Origin: a virus
Direction: 5' to 3' (one strand)
IMG/VR virus record: IMGVR_UViG_3300042561_000572
Location: 1-64,000 of that record
DNA length: 64,000 nt
Both the position numbers and the translations under genes were made by a program. The stretch's first letter is position 1. Each line of letters starts with the position of its first letter. Shown one piece after another: positions 28,579 through 43,200 of this stretch. The notes beneath the pieces were generated by a model. It saw only the letters and a program-made list of their open reading frames with translations. It had not been told where the DNA came from and searched no databases.

Positions 28579-29379
28579 ATGACAGTAGTATATTCAAACA
28601 TACCTCAAACAATTTCTTCTTATATACCCCAATTGAATAAAAATGCAATAGTATCAGTACAAACATTAGACAATAATAAACAAATAATATATAGAAGCTT
28701 TAAAGTATATTCATTTCCAAATAGCAAAGCCAAAGATATAAAATTAATACAACTACCATCATATAGTGAAGTATATAAAAGTAGCTCATATTATGAAATA
28801 ACAGAAGAGTTTATAGTAGATACATATTCATCTACACAAGAAGTTATAAATGGTACATTACAGCCTTCTTTTTACACTTGGGAACATACAACAACAACCT
28901 TAAACAATCAAAGACAATTAAGTAATATACAAAAGTTAGTTGTAAGTTGGATACCACCTACAGCATCATTAACACCTCAACAAATAGCACTTTTAACACC
29001 ACAACAAATACAACAATATTTACAACCATTTAACATACAAGTTGGAGATGTATATGGAGTAACAATACCTTCTAATTGTGAAGTAATAAGCCCTACTAAT
29101 TTAGATACATCCTTATTAAAAGATGTAGACATAATTAGAATTAAACCCTTAGCATTAGTGCAATTAAATTTTTCATTTAGAGGAGTAGATGTAGTATCAA
29201 TTGAATTACCCTACAAAATAGTAACAGATAACCCTAAGTTATTATATCCAAAGACTTTAACAGATCCACCAAAAGTACCACCTAATATAACAGGATTAAA
29301 CACTAACTTTCCAACTACAGAAGAAGTAGAATTAAGTAATTATGCAACCAGAAGAAACAGATCCACTTCAATTATTTAG
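28579..29379 (+). CDS. Hypothetical protein, possibly structural
   Basis: 266-aa ORF after PAAR. Confidence 0.7.
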   Translation: MTVVYSNIPQTISSYIPQLNKNAIVSVQTLDNNKQIIYRSFKVYSFPNSKAKDIKLIQLPSYSEVYKSSSYYEITEEFIVDTYSSTQEVINGTLQPSFYTWEHTTTTLNNQRQLSNIQKLVVSWIPPTASLTPQQIALLTPQQIQQYLQPFNIQVGDVYGVTIPSNCEVISPTNLDTSLLKDVDIIRIKPLALVQLNFSFRGVDVVSIELPYKIVTDNPKLLYPKTLTDPPKVPPNITGLNTNFPTTEEVELSNYATRRNRSTSII

Positions 29380-29914
29380 AAATAAATTTAAGTTAGAAGA
29401 AGAGGAAAGATTAAAAAAAGAACAAATTAAAAAAGAAGAAGAAAATACTATAAAGTATAAACCTGAACCAACATATTATCCTTTACAAACTGAAACAATA
29501 GAGCAATTATCATTATTCAAGAACTATAAATTTACAGAGGATAGTAATGTTGAATACTTACCACCTAAATATGATGGTAAGTATAAAAGAAAGAGAAAAG
29601 TATTAGCTTTAATTAATCCTTCTATTTATAGAAATGTATATGCTAAAAAGACATATAAAAATGACAAAAAGGTATCTATACCTATAAACTTATATAATGC
29701 TCTTATAACACTTAATCCTTATCACAACAATCCAAGAGTAATTATATATTTTTTACTTAATTATTACACTCTATCTAAACCTATATATATAAAAGAATTA
29801 AGAGATAGAATAAAAAGTAGAGTAAAAGAAGGGCCTGACTTTGCATTCTTTGTAGAGTTAAAAAACTTATACTATGACATTGAACAAATATTAAAACAAA
29901 CAAGATACTTATAA
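29342..29914 (+). CDS. Hypothetical protein
   Basis: 190-aa ORF. Confidence 0.7.
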   Translation: MQPEETDPLQLFRNKFKLEEEERLKKEQIKKEEENTIKYKPEPTYYPLQTETIEQLSLFKNYKFTEDSNVEYLPPKYDGKYKRKRKVLALINPSIYRNVYAKKTYKNDKKVSIPINLYNALITLNPYHNNPRVIIYFLLNYYTLSKPIYIKELRDRIKSRVKEGPDFAFFVELKNLYYDIEQILKQTRYL

Positions 29915-29915
29915 A

Positions 29916-30281
29916 ATGACAACAACACCAAAGCTAGGATATTTAATAATTAAAACCCCTATAGAAGAGGATGATATATATATAATTAAAGATGCTTTAC
30001 AAGAAGAAAATGATGAGAATATTATCTCCATAGAAGAGCAAGGAAATAAACTTATAATTACAATATCATATGAAGAAATAGAAGAAATAGCTCAAATTGC
30101 CTCTACAATAACTTATACTTGTATAAGCCTTGAAATATACTCAATAAGCATAAAATACTGTGGAAAAGAATCTAACACCAGAACAAATACAAATATTAAA
30201 GGAACATATAATAGTCTATCAACTAACAACAGTAGAAGCACCGCCTTTGATAGTTATCTCAGAAGCTCACTTACTATCTAA
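29916..30281 (+). CDS. Hypothetical protein
   Basis: 121-aa ORF. Confidence 0.6.
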   Translation: MTTTPKLGYLIIKTPIEEDDIYIIKDALQEENDENIISIEEQGNKLIITISYEEIEEIAQIASTITYTCISLEIYSISIKYCGKESNTRTNTNIKGTYNSLSTNNSRSTAFDSYLRSSLTI

Positions 30282-30465
30282 ACATAGACAGTGGAGCTAT
30301 TTAAACTTGCCACAAAACATTGAATTATTTGAGGTAAGAGTAACAGTTTACACACTAGAAGGGGAACATATACAAATGATATCTGAGATATGTAATAAAC
30401 AAACAGTAAAGAATAGATTAAACTATATACCACTTAAACTAAAGGCTCAACTAATAGATTTATAG
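30160..30465 (+). CDS. Hypothetical protein
   Basis: 101-aa ORF, GTG start. Confidence 0.55.
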   Translation: MEKNLTPEQIQILKEHIIVYQLTTVEAPPLIVISEAHLLSKHRQWSYLNLPQNIELFEVRVTVYTLEGEHIQMISEICNKQTVKNRLNYIPLKLKAQLIDL

Positions 30466-30477
30466 TTGAGCCTTTAG
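30440..30477. terminator. Hairpin between convergent genes
   Basis: TAAAGGCTCAACTA...TAGTTGAGCCTTTA. Confidence 0.75.
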
Positions 30478-30489
30478 TTTATTATTTAA

Positions 30490-30717
30490 CTAACCAATTA
30501 TAATACAACCGTTATCAGGATCATTAAATACATTTAAGTTACCAACATTTAACTCATAATCTTCAATCCAATAATCATTCTTTCTACTAAATCTAACCTC
30601 TGATTTTTTCCAATTAAGAACTACATCATTAGCAATATCTTCTGTTAAACATATCTCTATAATTCTATGTTCATCTACTTTACCTTCTTTGTCAGACATT
30701 ACAACATATACATTCAT
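30490..30717 (-). CDS. Small hypothetical protein
   Basis: 75 aa; paralog of 30719-30889. Confidence 0.7.
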   Translation of the reverse strand: MNVYVVMSDKEGKVDEHRIIEICLTEDIANDVVLNWKKSEVRFSRKNDYWIEDYELNVGNLNVFNDPDNGCIIIG

Positions 30718-30718
30718 A

Positions 30719-30889
30719 TTATTCTTCTACCACATCATATTCTCTAATATCATACTCAACGCCAAATCTTTGGTCATCTTGTATGTATTCTTTTAACTTT
30801 CTGTTAGCTATTTGTTCAGTTAAACATACTTTTAGTAATCTACAGTCCGTCATCTCATAATTATAAAACATAATTATATATACTTTCAC
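30719..30889 (-). CDS. Small hypothetical protein (56 aa)
   Basis: Hand translation MKVYIIM..RLLKVCLTEQIAN, similar to MNVYVVM..RIIEICLTEDIAN. Confidence 0.65.
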   Translation of the reverse strand: MKVYIIMFYNYEMTDCRLLKVCLTEQIANRKLKEYIQDDQRFGVEYDIREYDVVEE

Positions 30890-31038
30890 TTAGTTTCATT
30901 CTCCTGTTTAAATCTATACAATCTACCCAATTCAGAACTCTTTAACCATTCTAATCTTTCTTTGTAGCTCATGATTCTGTGAGTGCCAACTCTAATTTGT
31001 TCTGGTCTTAAAGCTTTATTATCTGTTTGTTTACTCAT
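30886..31038 (-). CDS. Small hypothetical protein (50 aa)
   Basis: Hand translation MSKQTDNKALRPEQ...; overlaps both neighbours by a few nt. Confidence 0.55.
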   Translation of the reverse strand: MSKQTDNKALRPEQIRVGTHRIMSYKERLEWLKSSELGRLYRFKQENETK

Positions 31039-31243
31039 ATACAACTTTACCTAATTCATAGTCAAATACTCTCCATCTAAGACTTCTTTTAAATTTAAAA
31101 GTATGAAGTCTATTATCATGAGCCATTTCTATAATACTTATGAAGTAATCTAAATCATTAGTTATTTTAAAAGTACCTTTATCAATAACCCAATGATTAT
31201 CTTGTAATGTTTGTATTCTATATCTAATTTTAAACATAAGCAC
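31031..31243 (-). CDS. Hypothetical protein
   Basis: 70-aa ORF. Confidence 0.6.
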   Translation of the reverse strand: MLMFKIRYRIQTLQDNHWVIDKGTFKITNDLDYFISIIEMAHDNRLHTFKFKRSLRWRVFDYELGKVVYE

Positions 31244-34200
31244 TATCTCCTGAAACTAAATAAGTTTCACTTCTACTATCACTACTTAAGTTTTCAAACT
31301 CAACATCTGTTGCCCAAACACCAACTACAACTGGTGGTACATCTAACTTATCAGGCACATCTATAAAGTCACTGGACATTGGATCTATTTCAGCTTCACC
31401 TCTAGCAGCTATAGCATCAGATAAGTTATCTTGCATTTGAGCCAACTTATTATTTAAATTATTATCTCCTTGGTTGAAGTTGCTTTTTAATAAACCAGCA
31501 CTTTGTTGAATACTACTATCAAGCATATTCATAGCTAAAGCACCAACAAATGATCCAATAATAGCACTAACACCACTCTCTGCTATTGGCACATTATGTC
31601 TAAACAAAGGAGCAACAACATTTCTATTAAACAAGTCTGTTAACTTAGGAGTAACATAAGTACCAACTAGACTAAGTGAAGCTTCAGTTGATGCAGCTTT
31701 AGCTAAGTTAGTGGCCCAATCTTCATCAGGATTTCTATAAGCTTTACTTCTAAAGAGAGCACCAGCAGCATTAGCAGCACCTTTACCATGTGGCATGTTA
31801 TAACCCATTAAACTTAAAGTACCACCAATAACACCTGCTGCATCCATACCAGCTTGATCATTAGAAGTACCATATATAGCACCACCAATCATACTAAGTA
31901 AAGCAGGACCAACTATATTAAATATACCATCAGCAGCTTTAACTTTTAACTCTTGTCTAGTAGTACCATCATTACCTCTAGCAACATGTTCAGGTTTAAA
32001 GTAATCTTTACCCTCCTTACTTAAAGTACCTAACAATAAGCCATTTTCAGCTAACAATTCATCTGCTAATGCTTTAGCCTCTGCTTCATTTTTATTTATA
32101 TTTTTATGCTGACCTACAATCTGAGCATGTATCTTATTATAAGTAACATCACTTATTTCACCAGCTTGATTCATAGCAGCAGCAACTTCACTAATAGCTT
32201 GTAATTTAAAGCCTTGTGATGTTTTCTTACTTTGTCTATTAATCAAATCACTAACTAATTCATTCTTTCTTTCAACCTTACCATCAATGGTTACTTCATG
32301 TTGTATTTCAACATGTTTAAGATGCTTATACATTTCTGCCATTTCTTTAGCATTCTCCTCATCACCACTAAAGTTAGACATCATTTGTCCCATAGCATCA
32401 GCATTAGTCAATTTAGGATCATTAACAGCTTTAAACAGTCTGCCCATAACAGAAGCACCTTCCATGCTAAGTTTACCTTGAGCCATTAACCTATAAGCAG
32501 CATTAAACAAATCACCACCTAATAAGCTAGTACCAACCTCTCTAACACTAGAACTTGTAATGTTTCTTTGCATGTCCTTACTAGCTTTATTTAGATGAAC
32601 AAATCTATCTAAACCACTACCATAATCACCCATAAATGTCTTAGTTTGAGTGATACTAGCATGATGACTAAGTACTAATAGAGAAGCAGTTGATAAGCCA
32701 CCACTACTTTGTCTAACCTCATTAAGTTTAGCCATATTATCATCAGTCATAGCCATTCCCATATGTTCATAAAGCATAGTACCAAAAGCACCATTAGAGT
32801 TAGTAATCATCTCTGCTGAGAACCTGTTAACTTGTTCTACTACAGCCTTATCTCTATGTTGTTCTGATACATAACCAACACTATAACCACTGGCTCTTGT
32901 AGAAAATCCAACTCCTCTACTATTAATACCATCTATAGCATTATATAAACCTTCAACTGCTTTAACAGCATCTGCTTTATTCCCCATTGCTAGCTCAGCA
33001 AGAGTTAAACTAACACCTTTACTATCACTACCCTTACCTAAAAAGCCATGTAATCCTTCACTAATAGTCTTTTCCAAAGCTCTATTACTACTAGCTTTAT
33101 CATCAATCTTTAACTTACCATCCTTACCAATTTCTAATGAACCAAAGTTCTTTTCAAAGTTAAACATAGTAGTAATACTTCTAAGACTACTACTAACTTT
33201 AAACTTAATTAAAGAATCTTCATTTACATCAGACCCCATTAAAGCCATTCCAATATCTCTTTGATCTCCAGTTATGTTATAGTCTCCAATGCTGCCATAT
33301 CTACCTTCTCCATCTTTCCTTTCACCAGTAGAACCAGCAGCATGAATCATCTTATTTAAATCCATTAGACCCTTCATACCAGCACCAGGACCAATTTTAG
33401 AAGCCATATCATTAACTAAACTTTGTCTTTTACTCTCATCAGCAGTAGTATATTCTTCTGACATCTTAATAAGTTCAGCCATAACAGAACTAGAATCACC
33501 CTTTAGTTTTATACTATCTCTAAGCATCTGTTGAACTGCTTTATTCCAACCTTGCAATTGTTGTGCTTTATCATATGAAGCTTGTAAGTTAGCCATAAAT
33601 CTAGTGCCTTCATCTGATGGCATAACAACAGAGTTACTAGCATTATTAACTGGCCCATGTTGTCCAGTCATTCTGTTCATCTTCTCAGCAATCTGTGGAC
33701 TATCACCTTCTAATATGTGATACAAACTAACAATAGGAGAATCAGCAACAAAAGTGCCAAGTAAAGTGTTATAAGTCTTACCTAACACATCACTACCAGC
33801 CTCACCTAATGTTTTAGTTAATACATCATATGTTGATTCACCCATACCAATACCTAAGCCAGCATTAATCTTACTGTATAAAACATTACTAGCTTTACTA
33901 GTTGCATCTAACTTACTAAATAGAGTTGTAAAATAAGCCTCTTTATTAACCTCACCTTCAAAGTTATGTAAAGTATTACTGCTTTGTTTTAACTCATCCC
34001 AAGTAAGTCTCATACTGTTTGTTAAAGCTTCTTGTAACTCTTGTTGCATATCAGTATCTTGCAGTTGAGTTGAGTTTAAAGTCATACCAATAGCAGTAAA
34101 GAACTGATTCTTATCAGAACCTGTTTCTATGCTTTTTATCATATCATCTAAAGTATTCTTATCAAAGGTTAAACCAACAGAATGTTTACTGCCCAAAGAA

Positions 34201-37200
34201 GCATTTAACAAGTCCTCAACTCTAGTATTCATTTCACTATTAACACCTTGCATACCACCATATAAGCCTTTACCTTGATCTAACATAGCAGCCATAGAAC
34301 TAACATTAATAGTACCCTGACTTCTAAAACCACCTTCATTACTACCTCTAAAGAATCTACTATCAATACCCATATAAGAGGCCACATCTTTTGCCATCTT
34401 ACTTTGTTTATCAGGAGCATTCATATCCTTTTGCAATGACTTTAAAGCCATAGCATCTTCAAATAATTTAGCTTCTTCATTGGCTAATGTCTTCTCTAAT
34501 TTACTAAGAGCTTCTGTGTCTGATATAGGACCAACAAAAGCTTTCATTGAACTAATTTCTTTCTTTTTATGTTCAATTACAAATCTTCTATCATCAATTG
34601 TATTAATCTTTTCAGTAACCTTATGTAGCAACGTCATATAGTTATCACCATCAAAGTCACCTAAGTTACTAGTTAAGAATGACAAACCACTAAAGATTGA
34701 AATACTCTTACTTCTATCAACATCAAACCTAACAATATTGTCATCTATTGCTAAGTTATCAATCATTTTATTGAATTGATCAACACCTCTAATAGCCATT
34801 AAAGTAGCAAGATGAGATTCAGTTGAACCATATGGTGCTGATCTCCAGCTTTGATTTTGCATGTTATCAAGTTCACTCATACTATTATGAATGTAGCCTA
34901 ATTCTTGTAATGAATAGTGTAAGAACTTAGTACTTAAAGTGCCTCCTTGATCCTTATAAGCAGCCACTTGTTCTTTAATGTTAGTCATATCATTAATCAT
35001 ATAACCAACACTCTTTCTATTAGCAGCTACTATAAAGTGTTCTTGTTCTGACTTAGCATTCTTAGTAGAAGTAGGAGCAAAGCCCTCCATAAAGTTCTCT
35101 AAGTTCTTTATTCTATTGTCAATGTATTCAAGTGTAATCTGTCTAGCAGCTTCAAAGTTACCACCTGTTTTTGGATCAGCAGTGTCATTAATTAGATCTG
35201 TAATACTTTGATGAGTTTGCTTATACACAGTATGTTTACCTCTCATAGCACCCTCTAATTCCTTGCTATAATGATTAACAAGATCAAGGCCCATGCTATA
35301 TCTATTCTTCATAGTACTATTATGAATAAAGTCTCTAATCTCATGATTCTTACCAAGATATATAGCATCTTGGTAACCTCTTTCAGACATCCAATCATTA
35401 ACAGTACCTATTAAACCTTTATATTCTTCTCTCTTCTTAGGATTAAGACTGTTTTCAGCTAACTTTGTATCAGCTTTCAACTTAGCAAATTGCAGATTAG
35501 CTAATACATAACTAGCAACATATGCCTTATCATAAGCACCAGTTACATCTAAGTTTTTCTTAACAGTATTAAATGAATTTTGAGCCTTTTCAACAGCAGC
35601 ATCTAAATCATTTATATCAGTAGTCTTACCAGTTTGTACTTGATTAAGTAAATTATGAGCACCACCAATAACTTCAACACCATTCTGCAATTTTAATGCT
35701 GCCATAGTTGAAATACCTCTAACAAGCATTTGCTTTTGATAATCTAATACAGTACCTAATGACTGATTAAAATCTTGTAGTTGTTTATTACTTTGATAAT
35801 TCTTAAACTTAGTAGACATCTCACTACCAAGTGTTGTATATGTTAAATGTGCAGCAGCAGTAACCTCAAATAGTTTCTTTCTAAGACTAGCAATACCTTC
35901 AGGTGCTCCATACTTCTCATTAACAAATTGGGGCATAACATTCATGTTAGCAGCTAAACTTAAGTTAGGAATACCAGTACTAACATAACCTTCAAACTCA
36001 GTACCATGACCTGCAACTGCTTTTTGCATTAAAGTATCAGAACTAGCTTCTGATATAGCTTGTAATAACTCATCACCAAGATAACCTAATCTAGCAATCA
36101 TATCAGTCTCTTCAGGGCTTAAATTAACATTGAAGGTGGCACTATTCTTTTGTGCTGCTCTAGCTTTAGCAACTTTAATCATTACATCATTTTCAGCAGT
36201 ACCTGGTACAAAATAACTTTGCATATTTAATGTTTTACCAACAATATCACTAACAAAGTCACCAAAAGATGAACCAACTTGATTTAACAAATCAGCACCA
36301 GGCATAAATATATATGTGTTTTGAGTATTACTAAATACAGTATTAACATCTCCAGTCATTTGATCTACAAGTGGTCCACCAACTACTTTTGGCATTAATA
36401 TGTTATAAGTCCTATTACCAGTATCTTGTAACATTTGTAGCTTAGGTTGAGTTATATCTGTACCCATACCTTTACTTTGTTCTAAGTTATAAGTTATGGC
36501 AGACTTTCTTAAAGCTTCAATTATATGTTGACCAACACGCCTTAATTGACCAGCATAATCAGTAAGCTTAGCAGTAGGATCACTATTATGTTTATCCCTA
36601 TTTAACCCATCAACATATGTTGCTTCAGCAAGAGTTAAATCACCGTTATTATAGTAATCTTCTACTTTACTAACATCAAAGTTCTTTTTAATAGATGGTT
36701 TATAAATAGTTCTATATTCTTTTATTAACTCACTACTATTCTCATTAGCATTATAATAAACTCCTAAGAAGTCCCTACCAAAGAAGCCACTCATAGTTAC
36801 TGGATCTAATGCTTGAATTGCTTGTATACTCTTTAAATACTCTGCACTATCAGCCATACCAACACTAATAAGTCCAATCTCTTGAGCAGCAACAACAGTA
36901 CCTAACACATACGCTAAGTTACCCTTATTACCAGTTCTAGTAAACTGTTTAGATTGAGCTTCTAATGGTGCTAACAAGTGTTGCATTTCAGTCTTAGCTC
37001 TTAAGTTCTTACCAAGAGGATCTTTACTAGCAGAAGGTGATATAGACAATGATAATTGCACTGCATAGTTTTGTTGCAAGTATATACCCATTTGATTAGC
37101 AAGTTGTTCTTTCTCCTCATTAGTCATATTAAAAGCATTATCACTACCACCTAAAGCTGCTGCAATTTCCAACAATGGATCATTTAAAACTACACCACTG

Positions 37201-40200
37201 TATGCATCATAATTGCCTGTAACTGCATTAGGTGTAGCAGCTCTTGTTAAAGCTCCTATTTCTGATAGTGGACTTGTCTTTAAAGGACCAATAAAAGAAT
37301 CATCATTAAACTTACCAGTAGTACCATCATTTTGTCTTACCTTCATTTTAAGCATCCAATCAGTAACCATACTAATGTCACCTCTTTGATTCTTAAGCTG
37401 ACCAAACATATCAATAGCAGTTAACATAGCAGAGACACCTCTAGTATATAAGTCACTACTATTAATTACATAACCATCACCACTTCTACTACCAACAGTG
37501 TTAACATAACCTTGTAATAAGCCTGTTAAATCTCCACTATCAGTTAATATGGCATCTCTAATAGATCCTACAAGTTCCTTATTATTCATAATGAATTGTG
37601 GAATACTACCAAAGATATTATCCTTTGATCTAGTAGCTTTACCAGTAAGTACATTCTGCATTTCAGCCATTCTAATAAAGGTGCCAAACTCACCTTTAAT
37701 AGCAGCCTTCTTATAAGCTTTAACATATTGATCATTCAACATTAAAGCATCACCTGGTTTATTCCTTTCATATGAACCATCAGCTATAATGTCTAAACCA
37801 AACTGACTAATCAAAGCTGCTGCTAACATTCTATTAGTCTGTTTAACAAGAGTATTAGCAAGTTTAGTTCTAACTCCATCAGGACCAGTTACATCTTTAG
37901 TAAACAACATAGAAGCATGATCCATAAAGAAGCCACTCTTTAAGTTGTTAGGATTAATCAAGCCATAAACATCAGATACTTGATTCTTTAAAATACTAGC
38001 ACTACTTATACCTGCTTCAACTGTTTTAATAGCCCCCATATCATCTTTAAAAGTAGATTCATAGCCTAATGATTTCATAAAACTACTAAATACACCCTCA
38101 AATTGACTACCTTTTAAAGCAGCACCAACACCTTTAAATAAAAGACCAGCAGCAGTACCTTCATGTCTTCTACCAGAACCAGGTTGTAATATTGGCAAAG
38201 CACTTACTTGGTATTTTATTTCATTAGTGCCTGGACTACCACCTTCAACTCTACCAGCAGTAAGAATAAGATGAACTGAATCTTCACCAGGTCTATTACT
38301 AATTGACTTTTGTTTAACAGATGCTACAGGTTTACCAAATAAACTGAAGTTTTCAATCTGTCCAATTAAATAATCAGCACTACCAGTACCTCCAACATAA
38401 GTTACATTATCTCCACCATCTGCTCTAATTTGAACAACCTTATTAACACTTCTATCATATACAAAAGTATCACCTTCATTAATAACAAGGCCATTCTTTT
38501 GCAACATATCACCACTAAAAGTTACTTCACCAACATGTGTTCTAGCATCTAACATAGAAGCCTTAATACCAGTATTAGTAACAGTTGGCATACCAGCATA
38601 ATGTTGTGTTCTAAATTTAGGATTAGTATAGAAGTGATCACTATAACCACCATTAAGTTGTAATAATACAAACTGTTGTTTATCTCTTCTACCTCCAACA
38701 ACTGAACCAACACTATTAGCAACACTACTATAACTAATCATCTTCATTCTAAACATGTTGTTAAGTATTTGATTAGTATCTTCTCTCTCTGTCTCACTTA
38801 AGTTTAAATCTTTAAACTTATCAAATAATTCTTTTCTCTGCGCTAATACAAAGTTATAAGCACTTTCATTTAGCACTGTTCTAACATCAGTATCAAACAT
38901 AGAACCTAAGTTTACTTCTTCTGCTGTTAGATAATTATGTATAAACTTCTTAGCTTTATCATCAGTTAATAAAGATGTTAATTGAGCTATATTATCTGCA
39001 ATGCCCTTTCTTTGACCTGCATTATATTCTTTTAAACTACCCTTTTCTAATATAGTCTTAGAAGCCTCTTCAGATACTTCATACATTAATCTACTACCAA
39101 GAGCATTCTTAATTCTTTGGTTAATTTGTGCTGGTTTACTAGGATCAAGATTAAATAACATACCTCTTTGATTACCTTTAACATTTAACAATGTCATAAT
39201 CTCATCAACTTCACTGTCTTTAAAGTCACCACTATTAACAAGTTTATCCTTACTAATAAGAACACCAATACCAGTTCCTTCAAGGATATCAATACTATTC
39301 CTATCAGTTGGAAACTTATTTCTAACACCAAATGATTCTAGTTGATAACCTTTCTTATTCTGAGTAGAAACACCTTCAGCAACACCACCTAAATAAAACC
39401 TTTCATTACCTTCATAATCAGTACCAAAACCACTATAAACACTAACATCTCTAGCAAATGTTCTAGCATATTGTAATGTTTGTAGAAGAGGGTTCTTACT
39501 AACATCAGCAATGTTTAGTAAACTCATAGCTCTTTCATTACCAGCATCTAAACCATAATTAATATACTTACTAGCAGGAACACCTGCCGCATAACTAATA
39601 GCCTGGTGAGCTTGTAAATAAGGATCAAATATAGTTTTAGATAACTCTGTCATCTGACTATTTAAATCTCTTTCAGCATTATATTTACTATTAACTCTAA
39701 GAACATCTAAGGTTAAATCTTGATAACCTTCTTGACCTAATAGTTGACCAATAGCATGTATAGCTGTAAAAACATCATCACCACTTTTAGCATTTCTAAT
39801 ATTTTGTATTTGATCTGTTAACTTAATGCCAAACTTTGTACCTTCAACATTAACATTAACATTTAACCTGTTATAAACATCTACACCAGCTAACTGTCTA
39901 GTAGTATCTAAATAACTAATACCTTCAGCATTAAATCTACTTTCCAATGCATTAGCAAGGTCTTTATATCCACCCCTATCAAACAAGTTATTAGATCTAC
40001 CCCTATCAAACAAGTTATTAGAATAAGCTAATCCATCTGTATTTATGCCAACCTTATTATCAGCTAACATGTATCTAGTATCACCCATCAAAGAAATAGC
40101 AAAGTCTAATGCTAAACCTCTTTTAGTATCAGCATCAACACCTATTAACTTACTAGCAGGATTACTAATAGCTTGTTTATAAGCCATCTCACCAATCATA

Positions 40201-43200
40201 GTAGCAAAGATACTAGTAGTATTATCAATACTAGACATCTCAGCAGATTGACCATGTTCTAAAACACCAGGTCTATCCCCAAACTTCCAACTAATCTTTC
40301 CACCAGTATTATTAGTAAAGTTACTGTTATATATTAACTTACCTTCCTTTTGAAAGAACACAGGACCAGGTTGATTAGCAGTACCTTGTAACATACCAAG
40401 AGTATAAGTAAGCCTACTAGTATTAGTGTTTAAACCTAATAACTTACCAGGCATAATAGCAACTTCTAACATAAGAGGAGTGCCAAATCTATCATACTTT
40501 CTAGTAATAGACATAGCATCCCCTAACCCTTTACTCATCTCCCTTAAAGTACTTTCTAACTTTAAAAGATCACCAGTATTAGATTGTCTAGCCCAGTATG
40601 GTAAACCTTCAATGGAGGGTAACAAACCATTATCTAACCTATTACCATAGTTAAGTTGAGCATAAGACATAGTTACAGCCTTATTATTATCTTTTAACTC
40701 ATACATTTCTTCTTCTGCTAATAAAGAATATTCATTACTAAAGCCTAAGTTTAAAGCCTCAATGTTATCTCTAAAGTCTTGGTCATAGCCAGTATTACTT
40801 TCCTTAGCAGCATCAATGAATAACTTTCTATTAACATAAACAGCACCCATTTCATCACTAACATATGGATCATTACCTCCAACACCAAGATACTTATTAT
40901 CAGGTCTAATATCAACACCTAATGAGTTCATACTAAAGTTAGAAGAGTTAGCAGCAGTACCAGCTATTTGCTGAGTATATTTAACATATGTACTACCATC
41001 TTTTCTTGTTGCTGATTCATATCTATAAGCACTAAAAGACTTACTATGTTGTCTAGGAACATCAGCACCAGCCATATTACCACTAGCAATAGCAAGCATT
41101 TGTAATGCAGTTAAGTTCTTACCATCAGTAATATCTAATTGAGCATTAATAAGTTCAACCTTTCTATTTAGTGATTGATTACTCTCTGTTACAGCATTAA
41201 CAAAGCCACTAATAGAGCCACTAAATTCATTATGAAACCTAGCACCAAACCTATCATTTAAATAATTCCAAGTAGGTTCTATGACCTGTTTAGTAAAGTT
41301 ATTAGTATCAACTACAACCTTACTAATACCCATTGCTATCAAACTAAAGTTCTTTCTTTGTATGTCTCTATACAATTCATATCTAACATCTTGTCTTGAT
41401 CTAAACTGACCACTTCCAAGAGTATTGGAACTAAATTTACCCATTTCACCAATCTCTTGACTGGTAGCATCATTAAATCTATTAGCTCTATTATTAGGAT
41501 CACTACCATTAACATCTAAATGATTAACATGTAATAAGTATGCTTGATCAAGCACCATAGTCATACCTAAATCACCAGTATATTTACCCTTTAATTCGTC
41601 TAAACTACTATTCATTTCTCTACCACTTTCAGTGTGTAAATAGTCAACAGTAGCCTTCAATGTATACATAATATCAGTTGCAAACTTAATATTAGATTGA
41701 CTACTTATAGTTGTTATTTGTTGTTTTTGAGCAGCAACAACTTGTTCATACATAAGAGCAGATACAGTCTTCTTATATTTATTAACCTTATTATCATTTA
41801 ACTTTTGAGGATCAAACTTACCTAATAACAAATTAAGTTGTGCTAACCCAGAGAAGTCTTTAAAAGATGTCCAATTATTTAATAGTTCTGGTAACCTGTT
41901 AATATATTCTTGTCTCTTTTTAATTAAATCCTTATTACTATGAAACATGCCTAACATTTCATAGTTGGAGCCAGCTTTAAATATAGAATCACCAACAGGA
42001 CTAGTTAAGTTAATAGAGCCTAACACAGCAACCTGATCTGTTATATAAACCTTTCTATGATGAGCAGGGCCAGCAAGCTTAATGTTAAACACACCAGGAA
42101 CCCCATCTTTACCATTAACAATCTCTTCTGCTTCTTGTCTAGTTTTTTTCTTGCTATTAACAAGTTCATTGATAATAGTTTCTTTTAACTTCTCCATCTT
42201 TGCAACTTCAAGTATATTAGGCCCAAAGATAGCAGCACTAGTACCTTCATCACCTGGAATAGGAGAACCAACAATCATATTAACTTTAAAGCCATAGTTC
42301 TCATTACCTATGATTTCTCTATAGATCTTACTAACAACAACATCACTAATAGCTCTATTTTGATATTGGAAAGTATCAATTGTAATGCTTTCTTTAGCAG
42401 ATTCAAACATAGAAACAAATGGTAATATACCAGGTCTAGTTTGATACTTAACATCATCAATCACTTTAGCTGCTTTTTGTTTATAACTATTGTTAATACT
42501 AGTATCAATAGCTTTAATGTTTCTTCTATTTATACTAACACCACCCTTAGTTAACTCATTAACATAAGACTTACTTCTAACAAAGTCTAAGTCAGTAATA
42601 GTCTTACCAGCTTTACTTCTACTACTATTAAAAGTACCTTCATTAATTGCTCTAAGCTCATCTGCTGAGTTACCATCAACAGGAACAAGACCACTACCAA
42701 ATAGATCAGCATTAACTAATCTCTCTAATGTCTCTTGTCCTCTAGCTTCCATATCTCTAATATTAGAACTAGATTGAACACGACTAAAAGCATTAGCATA
42801 CTGATAGCTTTGATCTAAGTAATAATTATCTTTAGCTTTAGTAGGATCTTCAATGTATAAACCTTTTTTAGCTAAAACATTACCAAATATATTTTCAAAT
42901 ACCACTTGACTAGCATAAGCTTTAGTCTCAGTAGGATCAATTCTATAAGCTTCACCAACTAAGAACTTAAGACTCTTTCTACTATCTAATAAGCTATTAG
43001 AAACATTACTATCAAACTCAGTAAACAGTCTAGTAGTAACAGTTTGACTAAGACCTAATACAAACTTATTAGAGAATGCTTCTCTTTTACCAGTAGTAGT
43101 AACATGTTTAGGATCAAACATACCACCTGATATATCACTAGTCATACCAATAGCATTTTGCCAATCACTATTAGTTGAGCCTAACTCATTAGTAAAGACT

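Noticed and set aside
39972-40022. 27-bp tandem duplication (SNNLFDRG twice) in the giant gene
   Set aside because: Real, but a simple in-frame slippage with no evident function
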